The notes beneath the pieces are model-generated. The model saw nothing but the letters and a program-made list of their open reading frames with translations. It had not been told where the DNA came from and ran no database searches. The translations under genes and the position numbers were made by a program. 64,000 nt of DNA from Hoeflea sp. (GTDB taxonomy: Bacteria > Pseudomonadota > Alphaproteobacteria > Rhizobiales > Rhizobiaceae): assembly GCF_051251555.1 (NCBI RefSeq), contig NZ_JBPOEW010000013.1; one strand, 5' to 3'. Positions 20,696-29,322 of this stretch are shown in pieces (position 1 is the stretch's first letter; each line of letters opens with the position of its first letter).

Positions 20696-21220
20696 ATGAC
20701 AATGACACCTAGCGTATCAGGCGACGGCGAAAAGGCGCAAATCTCCGTGCTGTTTGTCTGCATGGGCAATATCTGCCGCTCGCCTCTGGCCGAGGGCATT
20801 TTCCGTCAGGGTCTGGCAGATGCGGGTTTGTCGGATCTGGCCACGGTTGATTCGGCGGGAACCGGCAACTGGCATCAGGGCGACGGCCCAGATCCCCGTT
20901 CGGTGGAGACGGCCTTGAAGCATGGTATCGACATTTCGGGACAGCAGGCACGGCAGGTGACGGCAGAGGATTTCGACCGCTTTGACCTGATTTTCGCGAT
21001 GGACCGCTCCAATGAGGCGACGATGCGGGCGCGAGCGCCGTCCTCACGGCACCACAAGATTATGCTGTTTCTCGACCACACGCTTGGCAACCGCGCTGAT
21101 GTCCCAGACCCCTATTATGGTGGTGTGGACGGGTTCGACGATGTCTATCAGCTGTTGCGCGAGGGCTGTAGCGAGCTTGTTTCCAGGCTCGAGAAGGAAT
21201 TGCGCCACCCCAGCGAATAG
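20696..21220 (+). CDS. Low-molecular-weight protein-tyrosine phosphatase
   Basis: 'VLFVCMGNICRSPLAE' CX5R; 'DSAGT'; 'DVPDPYYG'. Start 20696 or 20702. Confidence 0.92.
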   Translation: MTMTPSVSGDGEKAQISVLFVCMGNICRSPLAEGIFRQGLADAGLSDLATVDSAGTGNWHQGDGPDPRSVETALKHGIDISGQQARQVTAEDFDRFDLIFAMDRSNEATMRARAPSSRHHKIMLFLDHTLGNRADVPDPYYGGVDGFDDVYQLLREGCSELVSRLEKELRHPSE

Positions 21221-21738
21221 GCCTCTTCGACAAGATAAGGTCCGCCGCCGACAGAATCACGCGACGACATCACAACAAAGCGGCCGACATCGAAGGGCAG
21301 GGTGCAGAAATCGCCGCGTCCGCCGAGATATTTGACGACATCACCCAATCGCGCATTGCGCAAGCGTGCCAATGTCACATGCGGCCAGAAGCGACGCGGA
21401 TCCGGCGGAAGGCCGTGACGCTGGCAGATCCGCTCGATCTCGGCTTGAAGCGCCTTGAGTTCAGGCGAAGGCGAAACGCCGGCCCAGATCGAATGCGGCT
21501 TCTTTGAGCCGAAGCACCCCAGTCCGGACAAGGTCAGCGAAAAGGAAGAGCGGTCGATCCGGTCGAAGGCATTGATCAGTTCATCTGCGGTTGGGCCGTC
21601 GATATCGCCGATAAATCTGAGAGTTATGTGACAACTCTCAGTGCTTAGCCAGCGCGCGCCGGGTAATCCGCCGCGCAGGAGGGAGAGGGATAAAGCCGCC
21701 TCCCGGGGAATTTCGAGTGCGGTAAAAAGCCTGGGCAT
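21148..21738 (-). CDS. thpR: RNA 2',3'-cyclic phosphodiesterase (2H family)
   Basis: 'MPRLFTAL'; two HxT motifs 'HITLRF' and 'PHVTLAR'. Confidence 0.92.
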   Translation of the reverse strand: MPRLFTALEIPREAALSLSLLRGGLPGARWLSTESCHITLRFIGDIDGPTADELINAFDRIDRSSFSLTLSGLGCFGSKKPHSIWAGVSPSPELKALQAEIERICQRHGLPPDPRRFWPHVTLARLRNARLGDVVKYLGGRGDFCTLPFDVGRFVVMSSRDSVGGGPYLVEEAYSLGWRNSFSSLETSSLQPSRNS

Positions 21739-21832
21739 TGCTGGTCCCCCGAATCACCGTGTGATCCGAGCGAACCACTTCACAGGCATGAGGGCAAGCA
21801 CCCAGATTCCGGGTTTTGTCCAGCCGGCGGTC

Positions 21833-22474
21833 TCAATCGCTCTTGATATCAGACAGAAAATGCTCGGCGACCGGCAAGATGCTTTCTACCATCTTGTTGA
21901 TCCCATTGATATTTGGATGCATGCCGTCGGTCAGAAGCATGTCCGGATTTCCGGTCACCCCGTCGAGAAAAAACGGATACAGCATCACCTCATATTTGGC
22001 GGCGAGATCGGGGTAAATCGCGTTGAAAGTGGTTTCGTAGTCACCACCCATGTTCGGCGGCGCCAGCATGCCGGCGAGCAGGACCGCAATTCCGCGCTCT
22101 TTGAGCCGGACAATCATTGCTTCCAGGTTCTCGCGGGTTTTCTCCGGCGGCAGCCCGCGCAAGGCGTCGTTGGCGCCAAGTTCCAGAATGACGCCGTCAG
22201 TCCCTTCGGGAATCGACCAGTCGAGGCGCGCCAAACCGCCGGAGGTGGTGTCGCCGGACACCCCGGCATCGGTGATGGTGACGTTGTGGCCGCGCTCGCG
22301 CAAGGCCGCTTCAAGACGGGCCGGAAATCCCTCGCTTGCCTGAAGATTATAGGCAGCCATCAGGCTGTCGCCAAAGCCGACCAGCTTGATTTCCTCGGCG
22401 GCATTGGCCTGAACGGGCGCGGTGATGACCCCGAACGTGAGGCACAAGGCGGCGATCAAAGCGTTAAAACGCAT
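21833..22474 (-). CDS. tesA: SGNH/GDSL arylesterase (TesA-like)
   Basis: Signal peptide; 'GDSLMA', 'AGVSGDTT', 'ELGANDALRG', 'DGMHPN'; divergent from ybbAP. Confidence 0.88.
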   Translation of the reverse strand: MRFNALIAALCLTFGVITAPVQANAAEEIKLVGFGDSLMAAYNLQASEGFPARLEAALRERGHNVTITDAGVSGDTTSGGLARLDWSIPEGTDGVILELGANDALRGLPPEKTRENLEAMIVRLKERGIAVLLAGMLAPPNMGGDYETTFNAIYPDLAAKYEVMLYPFFLDGVTGNPDMLLTDGMHPNINGINKMVESILPVAEHFLSDIKSD

Positions 22475-22570
22475 GGGGTAAACCTTTAAAACGCATGTGA
22501 TTGCTCCTAAGTGCTCGACATAAGCCGGTTCACGCCCGACAACTTCTTTTCCATATAGGATGTTCAGCCC

Positions 22571-23290
22571 GTGTCTCAATCCATACCCAAATCCATTGTC
22601 ACATTGCGGCAGGCCAATCTGACACTGGGTAACGGGGCATCCTCGGTTCATGTGCTCAAAGGCATCGACATCGATATCAATCAGGGCGAATCAGTCGGCA
22701 TCGTCGGACCGTCGGGATCGGGCAAATCAACGCTTTTGATGGTGATCGCCGGGCTTGAGCGGCTTGATTCGGGTGAAGTTCATGTCGCCGAACAGGCCCT
22801 GCATGCGCTGAGTGAAGACGCGGTGGCGGCAGTGCGCGGTCGCTCGATCGGTATTGTGTTCCAGTCCTTTCATCTTATTCCCAACATGACGGCGCTTGAA
22901 AATGTTGCCGTGCCGCTTGAACTCGCAGGCAAGGCGAATGCCTTCGAGCGGGCGCGCGAGGAATTGATCGCGGTCGGACTTGGCGAGCGTCTGACCCATT
23001 ATCCGGGGCAATTGTCGGGCGGCGAGCAGCAGCGCGTGGCCATAGCCCGGGCGCTGGCGCCAAATCCGGTTCTGATTGTGGCGGATGAACCGACGGGCAA
23101 TCTCGACGGCGAAACCGGCCGGCAAATTGCCGATCTCTTGTTTGCCAAGCAGGCCGAGCGCGGCACCACATTGTTGCTGGTGACGCATGACGTAACGCTC
23201 GCTGAGCGCTGCCAACGGCAGATCTCCGTACGGTCGGGGCGGATTGTTGCCGGTGAGGAAGAGCAAACTGCCGCCAAGGCAATCGCCTGA
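22571..23290 (+). CDS. ABC transporter ATP-binding protein (YbbA-like)
   Basis: Walker A 'GPSGSGKST'; 'LSGGEQQRVAIARAL'; 'ADEPTGNLD'. Confidence 0.92.
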   Translation: MSQSIPKSIVTLRQANLTLGNGASSVHVLKGIDIDINQGESVGIVGPSGSGKSTLLMVIAGLERLDSGEVHVAEQALHALSEDAVAAVRGRSIGIVFQSFHLIPNMTALENVAVPLELAGKANAFERAREELIAVGLGERLTHYPGQLSGGEQQRVAIARALAPNPVLIVADEPTGNLDGETGRQIADLLFAKQAERGTTLLLVTHDVTLAERCQRQISVRSGRIVAGEEEQTAAKAIA

Positions 23291-25863
23291 TGGCGTCGGC
23301 GGCGGACAATGGCGCGGCAAATGGCCTGCGGCTCGGGCTGGCGGCGCGGCTGGCGTTTCGCGAGTTGCGCGGCGGTCTGTCCGGGTTCTACATTTTTCTC
23401 GCCTGCGTGGCGCTTGGCACCGGTGCGATAGCCGGAGTGAATTCGGTCTCGCAGATGATGACCGGCTCGATCGCCTCCGAAGGCCAGACGATTCTGGGCG
23501 GGGACATCCGCTTCGAGAGCGATAATCTGGATATCGGCGAAGCTGAACGGGCCTATGTCGAGGAGCTCGGCACGGTTTCGTCGGGCGTCAATATGCGCAC
23601 CATGGCGCGCATTCCGGACGGCTCGGACCAATCGCTCGTCGAGTTGCGGGCGGTGGACGATGTCTATCCGCTCTATGGTAGCTTCCAGACGGTTCCGGCG
23701 ATGCCGACTGACGTGCTGTTTGCCGAAACCGATGGCGTCTATGGTGCCGCCGTGGCCCAAATCTTTCTCGACCGGCTGGGGGTGAGCGTTGGTGACATTG
23801 TTCTGGTTGGAGAGGCAAGCCTTGAAATTCGCGGTGTCATTGCCGCAGAACCCGATTCGCTGTCGGAAGGGTTTGGTTTTGCACCACGGCTGATGATGTC
23901 GCGTGCGGCGCTTGACGCGGCGGGATTGATCCGTCCCGGAAGTCTGGTGGAGTTCAGTTACCGGGTGCGACTGGACGACAGAACGGATGCCAGGGGCCTG
24001 GACGAGATCAAAACGGAAGCGACCAGCCGTTTCCCCGATGCAGGCTGGTCGATCCGCACCAGTCAGAACGCCGCGCCTTCGCTGACCCGCAACATCGAAC
24101 GGTTTTCGCAGTTTCTCACGCTCGTCGGACTGACGGCGCTGATCGTTGGCGGTGTCGGCATCGCCAACTCGGTGCGCGCATGGCTTGAAGGCAAACGCGG
24201 TGTCATCGCCACGCTGAAATGCGTCGGTGCGCCGTCGAAGCTTGTGGTGGCGATCTACCTGATTCAGGTGATGCTGATTGCGGTATTTGGTGTCTTGCTG
24301 GGCCTCGCTATTGGTGCTGCGACGCCGTTTCTTGCAGCAGGCGCGCTCACCGGCATCATTCCAATTGCCGTCAGTGCCTCGTTTTATCCGGCTTCGTTGG
24401 CAATCGCCGCGGGTTTTGGCTTGATGACGGCGTTTGCGTTTGCGGTATTGCCGCTTGGCCGGGCCGGCGAAGTTCCGGCGACCGCGCTGTTCCGGCAGCA
24501 AGGCTTTGAGGCCAGTTCACTGCCGCGCTGGCCCTACCTGCTGACTGCGGGTCTGACGCTCGCCGCGCTGTGTACAGCGGCCATCTGGTTTGCAGACGAC
24601 CGCCGCATTGCCATTGTCTTCGTCGCTGCGGTGATCGTGGCCTTTGCCGTGCTCAGGCTTGTCGGCCATGCGGTGCAACTGATTGCGAAGCGCTGGCCTG
24701 CGGTACGATCGACGCCTCTGCGGCTGGCGATCGGCAATATTCACCGGCCCGGTGCGCTGACGCCCTCGGTGGTGCTGTCGCTGGGTCTTGGACTGGCATT
24801 GCTGGTAACCCTGGCACTGATCGATACCAATCTGCGGCGTGAACTGTCGGGTAATCTGCCGGATCGTGCGCCGAATTTCTTCTTTGTCGATATCCAGTCG
24901 GACGAGATCGACGGATTCGAGAAAGTGGTGCTGGAGCTGGCGCCGGAAGGCAAGGTGATCAAGGTGCCGATGTTGCGCGGGCGCATCACACAGCTCAAGG
25001 GCGAAGAGGTCAACGCGGAGAATGTGCCCCCGGAAGCCCAGTGGGTGCTCAGGGGCGATCGCGGCGTCACATATGCGAAGAACCGGCCTGAAAACTCGCG
25101 GCTTGCAGAAGGCGAATGGTGGCCGGCTGATTATGAAGGCGAGCCGCTGGTGTCGTTCTCCGCCGAAGAAGCGCGCGAAATCGGTCTTGGGGTCGGTGAC
25201 ACAATAACGGTCTCCGTACTCGGCCGGTCGATCACGGCACGGATTGCCAATCTGCGCGAAGTGGAGTGGGAATCGCTGTCGATCAATTTCGTCATGGTGT
25301 TTTCGCCCAACACATTTGCCGGCGCGCCGCACTCTTGGATGGCGACTCTGTCTGATCCAGATGCTGATGCGGCGGTCGAGGGCGAGGTGCTGCGTGCGGT
25401 TACCCAGGCCTATCCGACAATCACCAGTGTGCGCGTCAAGGATGCGCTGGAGCTTGCCAACCGTCTGGTCGGCCAGATCGGTATCGCCATTCGCGCAGCA
25501 GCCCTTGTTGCGCTGGTGGCCTCGGTGCTGGTGCTGGCCGGTGCGCTGGCGGCGGGCAACCGCTCACGCATTCACGATGCGGTGGTGCTCAAAACGCTTG
25601 GCGCCACTCGGGCGATGCTAATCCGGGCCTATGTTTATGAGTATGGCCTGCTGGGTCTGGCCACGGCGGTGTTCGCGCTGGCCTTTGGCGGCGTGGCGTC
25701 CTGGTTTGTGGTCAGCCGCATCATGACGCTGCCGTCAGAATTCATGCCCGATATCGCGCTGGCAACACTTGCAGGTGCGCTGGTTCTGACCGTCGGCATC
25801 GGATTGGCCGGGACCTGGCGGGTGCTGGGGCAGAAGGCCGCACCGGTGTTGCGCGAGCTTTAG
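23290..25863 (+). CDS. ABC transporter permease (YbbP/FtsX-like)
   Basis: 'LAFRELRGG', two FtsX-like TM blocks, 'APNFFFVDIQ', 'VLKTLGATR'. Confidence 0.88.
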   Translation: MASAADNGAANGLRLGLAARLAFRELRGGLSGFYIFLACVALGTGAIAGVNSVSQMMTGSIASEGQTILGGDIRFESDNLDIGEAERAYVEELGTVSSGVNMRTMARIPDGSDQSLVELRAVDDVYPLYGSFQTVPAMPTDVLFAETDGVYGAAVAQIFLDRLGVSVGDIVLVGEASLEIRGVIAAEPDSLSEGFGFAPRLMMSRAALDAAGLIRPGSLVEFSYRVRLDDRTDARGLDEIKTEATSRFPDAGWSIRTSQNAAPSLTRNIERFSQFLTLVGLTALIVGGVGIANSVRAWLEGKRGVIATLKCVGAPSKLVVAIYLIQVMLIAVFGVLLGLAIGAATPFLAAGALTGIIPIAVSASFYPASLAIAAGFGLMTAFAFAVLPLGRAGEVPATALFRQQGFEASSLPRWPYLLTAGLTLAALCTAAIWFADDRRIAIVFVAAVIVAFAVLRLVGHAVQLIAKRWPAVRSTPLRLAIGNIHRPGALTPSVVLSLGLGLALLVTLALIDTNLRRELSGNLPDRAPNFFFVDIQSDEIDGFEKVVLELAPEGKVIKVPMLRGRITQLKGEEVNAENVPPEAQWVLRGDRGVTYAKNRPENSRLAEGEWWPADYEGEPLVSFSAEEAREIGLGVGDTITVSVLGRSITARIANLREVEWESLSINFVMVFSPNTFAGAPHSWMATLSDPDADAAVEGEVLRAVTQAYPTITSVRVKDALELANRLVGQIGIAIRAAALVALVASVLVLAGALAAGNRSRIHDAVVLKTLGATRAMLIRAYVYEYGLLGLATAVFALAFGGVASWFVVSRIMTLPSEFMPDIALATLAGALVLTVGIGLAGTWRVLGQKAAPVLREL

Positions 25864-26056
25864 CAGGCTGCATCGCTTGATTTGGCGCATTTATTAAGCA
25901 AACGCAGAGGTTTCCGTCCATCTTCTATGACGGAGGGTCTTGTCGTGGCCACAGTTAATCCTCATATTGCACATAGGCATGCTGGAGCCCCGCAGCGGCG
26001 CCTGGGTCTTTGAACCCGACACCGTAAACAATACCGGGGCTTATAAAGAGGAAATC

Positions 26057-26833
26057 ATGGCTGACTTTCGCAATTCGAATGTCCGCGTAGCACCGGGCAC
26101 CCACGCAGGCGCCGATATTGATGCAGGCCTGCGCGCCTACATGCTGCGCGTTTACAACCTGATGGCAATGGGCCTCGGCATCACCGGTGTCGCAGCCTAT
26201 GCAATCGCAATGTTCGCAACCACCAATGATCCGGCCGCTGCCGTGGCAACACTCGGCAATGGCAAGATGTTGACCGGTCTTGGCGCAGCACTTTATGGTT
26301 CGCCCCTCAAGTGGGTCGTCATGCTGGCGCCGCTCGGTATGGTGTTCTTCCTGAGCGCTCGCATCGAGAAGATGAGTGTTTCCGCCGCGCAGACCACGTT
26401 CTGGGTGTTTGCAGCGTTGATGGGCGTTTCACTGTCGTCGATCTTCCTGGTCTACACCGGCGCATCGATCACGCAGACGTTCTTCATCACCGCCGCTTCC
26501 TTTGGTGCGCTGTCGCTCTATGGCTACACCACCAAGAAAGACCTGTCGGCGATGGGCTCGTTCCTGATGATGGGTCTGTTTGGTCTGATCATCGCAATGG
26601 TGGTCAACATCTTCCTGCAGTCGCCAATGATGCAGTTCGTGATTTCGGGACTTGGCGTTCTGATCTTCGCAGGCCTGACTGCCTACGACACGCAGCAGAT
26701 CAAATCGATGTATTACGAAGGTGATACCAACGACACTGCAGGCCGCAAGGCGATCATGGGCGCGCTGCGCCTGTATCTCGACTTCATCAACCTGTTCATG
26801 TTCCTGCTGCACTTCCTGGGCAACCGCGAATAG
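26057..26833 (+). CDS. Bax inhibitor-1 / YccA family membrane protein
   Basis: 'IDAGLRAYMLRVY', 'LYGYTTKKDLS', 'GLTAYDTQ', 'GALRLYLDFINLF'. Confidence 0.92.
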   Translation: MADFRNSNVRVAPGTHAGADIDAGLRAYMLRVYNLMAMGLGITGVAAYAIAMFATTNDPAAAVATLGNGKMLTGLGAALYGSPLKWVVMLAPLGMVFFLSARIEKMSVSAAQTTFWVFAALMGVSLSSIFLVYTGASITQTFFITAASFGALSLYGYTTKKDLSAMGSFLMMGLFGLIIAMVVNIFLQSPMMQFVISGLGVLIFAGLTAYDTQQIKSMYYEGDTNDTAGRKAIMGALRLYLDFINLFMFLLHFLGNRE

Positions 26834-26853
26834 CAGCGACGGAACGGAATTTG

Positions 26854-26883
26854 AAAAAGGCGGCCTTCGGGTCGCCTTTTTTG
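26854..26883 (+). terminator. Intrinsic terminator
   Basis: aaaaaggcggcc-ttcg-ggtcgcctttttt. Confidence 0.8.
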
Positions 26884-26941
26884 TTGGCCGCGCTGCGATG
26901 CAGCGATACACCGAAGCTCTGACCCACCGGACCAGTCTTCC

Positions 26942-27493
26942 ATGATCATTCGCGATGCAACGCCTGCTGATCTTACTGAAATCACCCGCATCTACACCGA
27001 CAGCGTTCTCAATGGTGTGGCCAGTTATGAGCTTGTGGCGCCGGACGAGGTTGAGATGGGGCGGCGGATGTCGGCCATCACTGACGATGGGTACCCCTAT
27101 CTGATTTCCACTGACGGCGAAGGTACGGTGCTCGGCTACGCCTATGCTTCAGCTTTTCGCACACGGCCGGCCTACCGCTGGCTGGTCGAGGATTCGATCT
27201 ATCTGGCGCCTGAATCCCGTGGGCAGGGGGTTGGGCGGGCGCTGATTGAAGCCCTGATCGAGCGTTGCGAGAACCTCGGCTTCCGCCAAATGGTGGCGGT
27301 GATCGGCGGCGCTCACCCGGCGTCGATCAAGCTGCACCAGAAGGCGGGCTTTGTCAGCTCGGGGATGATTTCGGGTTCCGGCCACAAACACGGACGCTGG
27401 CTGGACACTGTTTTCATGCAAAGGCCGCTGGGTCAGGGCAAGGCAACTGATCCGGATCCGGATATCTATCCCGGCACATTGTTTGGCGGGTGA
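26942..27493 (+). CDS. GNAT acetyltransferase (YncA / phosphinothricin acetyltransferase-like)
   Basis: 'GYAYASAFRTRPAY', 'EDSIYL', 'RGQGVG', 'GHKHGRWLD'. Confidence 0.88.
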   Translation: MIIRDATPADLTEITRIYTDSVLNGVASYELVAPDEVEMGRRMSAITDDGYPYLISTDGEGTVLGYAYASAFRTRPAYRWLVEDSIYLAPESRGQGVGRALIEALIERCENLGFRQMVAVIGGAHPASIKLHQKAGFVSSGMISGSGHKHGRWLDTVFMQRPLGQGKATDPDPDIYPGTLFGG

Positions 27494-27499
27494 TCTGCT

Positions 27500-27886
27500 T
27501 TACCGCACCAGACGCGGCGGCTTGTCGAAATATTTGAGCACGATTTCAAGTTCGTGGCCGCGCTTGAGCACTACTCCGGCAGCCGAAATAATCGCGAACG
27601 CGCCTTGCTTGCGAGCCCGTGAGGGATCTTTTTCTATCCGGTAGAGCGGCACTTCACTGGTGCGTCGGAAGGCTGCGAAAACGGCCTTGTCGCGCAGGTG
27701 ATCGATGGCGTAGTCTCGGCAGTTGCCCTCGGCGACCATGCGGCTGTAAACTTGCAGAATGCGATCCAGCTCGCGGCGCTTGAATGTCACCGGTTCAGGC
27801 GTATTGCGGCGGCGCAGTTCGCTCAAGTCAACTGTTGTTGATCCGCTCTGGTCGCGGTCGGCCGCGTAATCCGCGCCATCAGCCAT
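27500..27886 (-). CDS. DUF2794 family protein
   Basis: 'FKRRELDRIL.VYSRMVAEG..RDYAID', 'PLYRIEKDP', 'LKRGHEL'. Confidence 0.8.
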   Translation of the reverse strand: MADGADYAADRDQSGSTTVDLSELRRRNTPEPVTFKRRELDRILQVYSRMVAEGNCRDYAIDHLRDKAVFAAFRRTSEVPLYRIEKDPSRARKQGAFAIISAAGVVLKRGHELEIVLKYFDKPPRLVR

Positions 27887-28159
27887 TATCTGGACTGCAA
27901 ATCAGTTTTCATGGGCTCAGTGTGCCTGACACATGCATAATTTCAAGCGTGTTGCCTGTTTTTTTGCGTCGGTGCTTTGTCCATGGCTATGCCGCACTGC
28001 ATCATCACGAAACGCTTCTGCTCGTCTTGGTTGTTTACCGTGTCCCGGCGAGAAAGTGCAATTCGACCCATTTGGGCCTCAATTCAGCCAAAACCTCGCC
28101 GGATTTGAGCGCGATTGTATGGATGTTGCCTCAGACGGTTCGAACCAGTTTCTTCGGAT

Positions 28160-28341
28160 TACAGCCCCCCAGCCCCTCGAAGTTGCCGGGACGAACCATC
28201 TCAACACGCGTGCAGGCCTTGAGACCGGAGACGGTTTTAAGGTCTGCCCGTCGAGACCGTCTCAGATCGTCCCCGCGCGCTGAGACGAGAGGCAGCACCC
28301 CAAATACCCGCTTTTGACCGGCTTCGCGCCGGTCTTTTTTT
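28160..28341 (+). ncRNA. Candidate small RNA ending in an intrinsic terminator
   Basis: + strand terminator gaccggc-ttcgc-gccggtc-T7 (28316-28341) with no credible + gene upstream; several 8-bp stems. The 5' end is a guess. Confidence 0.4.
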
Positions 28342-28400
28342 GTCCAATGTCAAGGGCAAGGGCCGGTGGGTTGGAGCTTCATCCGAATACCGAATGAATT

Positions 28401-29141
28401 TCAGATCCTCGCTGCGCCGAGAATGCGGCCGGGAGTGCCATCCTTGCCGACCTCCTGGAGCAGGATAGCGCATCTGCGGCCAGGATAAGCGGATATCACC
28501 GACACCGGCAGTTTCAGGTTCACCTCGTTGCCGTTCCACATGCCGACGGTTTCCATATCGCGCACACTGTGGCGATAGGTGATGGTACGGCCGGAATTCT
28601 CGCCGCGCTCGATCTTGACCGTGCTGTTGTCATCAAAATAGACGGCGACGATATCGGCCTTGCCTTGGCCCGGTCCTATGGAAATTCGCAGTTCTTCGGC
28701 ATTCATTGTTGCAGTGACCTCGACGGTCAGTCCGCTGCCATTGGTCGAGAGTTTTCCGAGCATCTCGTCGACTGCGGAGCCATCGGCGCCATTGACGTGA
28801 TCCTGACCGTTAATGACCGCCTGGGGGGTGTAGACGTTACCGCGACGGAATGTCTTCGCGTAGCCGTATTGCCGGGCGGTGTTGGCCTTGCTCGACAGCG
28901 TGTCGGCCCATCCGAGGTAGTTCCAGTAATCGACATGGTAGCTCAGTGCCAGCACATCATCCTGCTCGGCAAGCCTTGCCAGTTCCTCATCCGCCGGCGG
29001 ACAGGAGGAGCAGCCCTGGCTGGTGAACAGCTCCACAACCCCCTTGAGCTCGCCTGCCAACGCGGTGCCAGGAACCGCCAGCACGGTGGTGGCGGTCAGG
29101 ATCGGAAGGGCAAGAGCAAGAAGGATGTTGCGCGCAGTCAT
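28401..29141 (-). CDS. DUF1223 family secreted thioredoxin-like protein
   Basis: Signal peptide; 'VVELFTSQGCSSCPPAD', 'HVDYWNYLGW', 'YTPQAVING'. Confidence 0.9.
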   Translation of the reverse strand: MTARNILLALALPILTATTVLAVPGTALAGELKGVVELFTSQGCSSCPPADEELARLAEQDDVLALSYHVDYWNYLGWADTLSSKANTARQYGYAKTFRRGNVYTPQAVINGQDHVNGADGSAVDEMLGKLSTNGSGLTVEVTATMNAEELRISIGPGQGKADIVAVYFDDNSTVKIERGENSGRTITYRHSVRDMETVGMWNGNEVNLKLPVSVISAYPGRRCAILLQEVGKDGTPGRILGAARI

Positions 29142-29322
29142 GAAGTGAGGTCCGTTTCGATCAGGGAAACTCCAGAGATCTATACAGATTTGTACCTTGG
29201 AGTCTCGCACACGTCCTAATCACGTTGCGGTGAGAGGCACAGGGGGCATTCCTGACAAGCAGGGGCCTCAAACGAAAAACGCCGGGGCATTGACCCCGGC
29301 GCAAAGTTTACTGTTGCAGCTG

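Noticed and set aside
28130-28175. tRNA-like sequence on the - strand (ctgtaatcc...ggttcgaa)
   Set aside because: No acceptor stem or D arm can be formed.
28270-28320. Second TPP riboswitch (gctgaga...accc)
   Set aside because: Lacks the CUGAU...AAU.C..GCG.AGG half, and there is no downstream thiamine gene.
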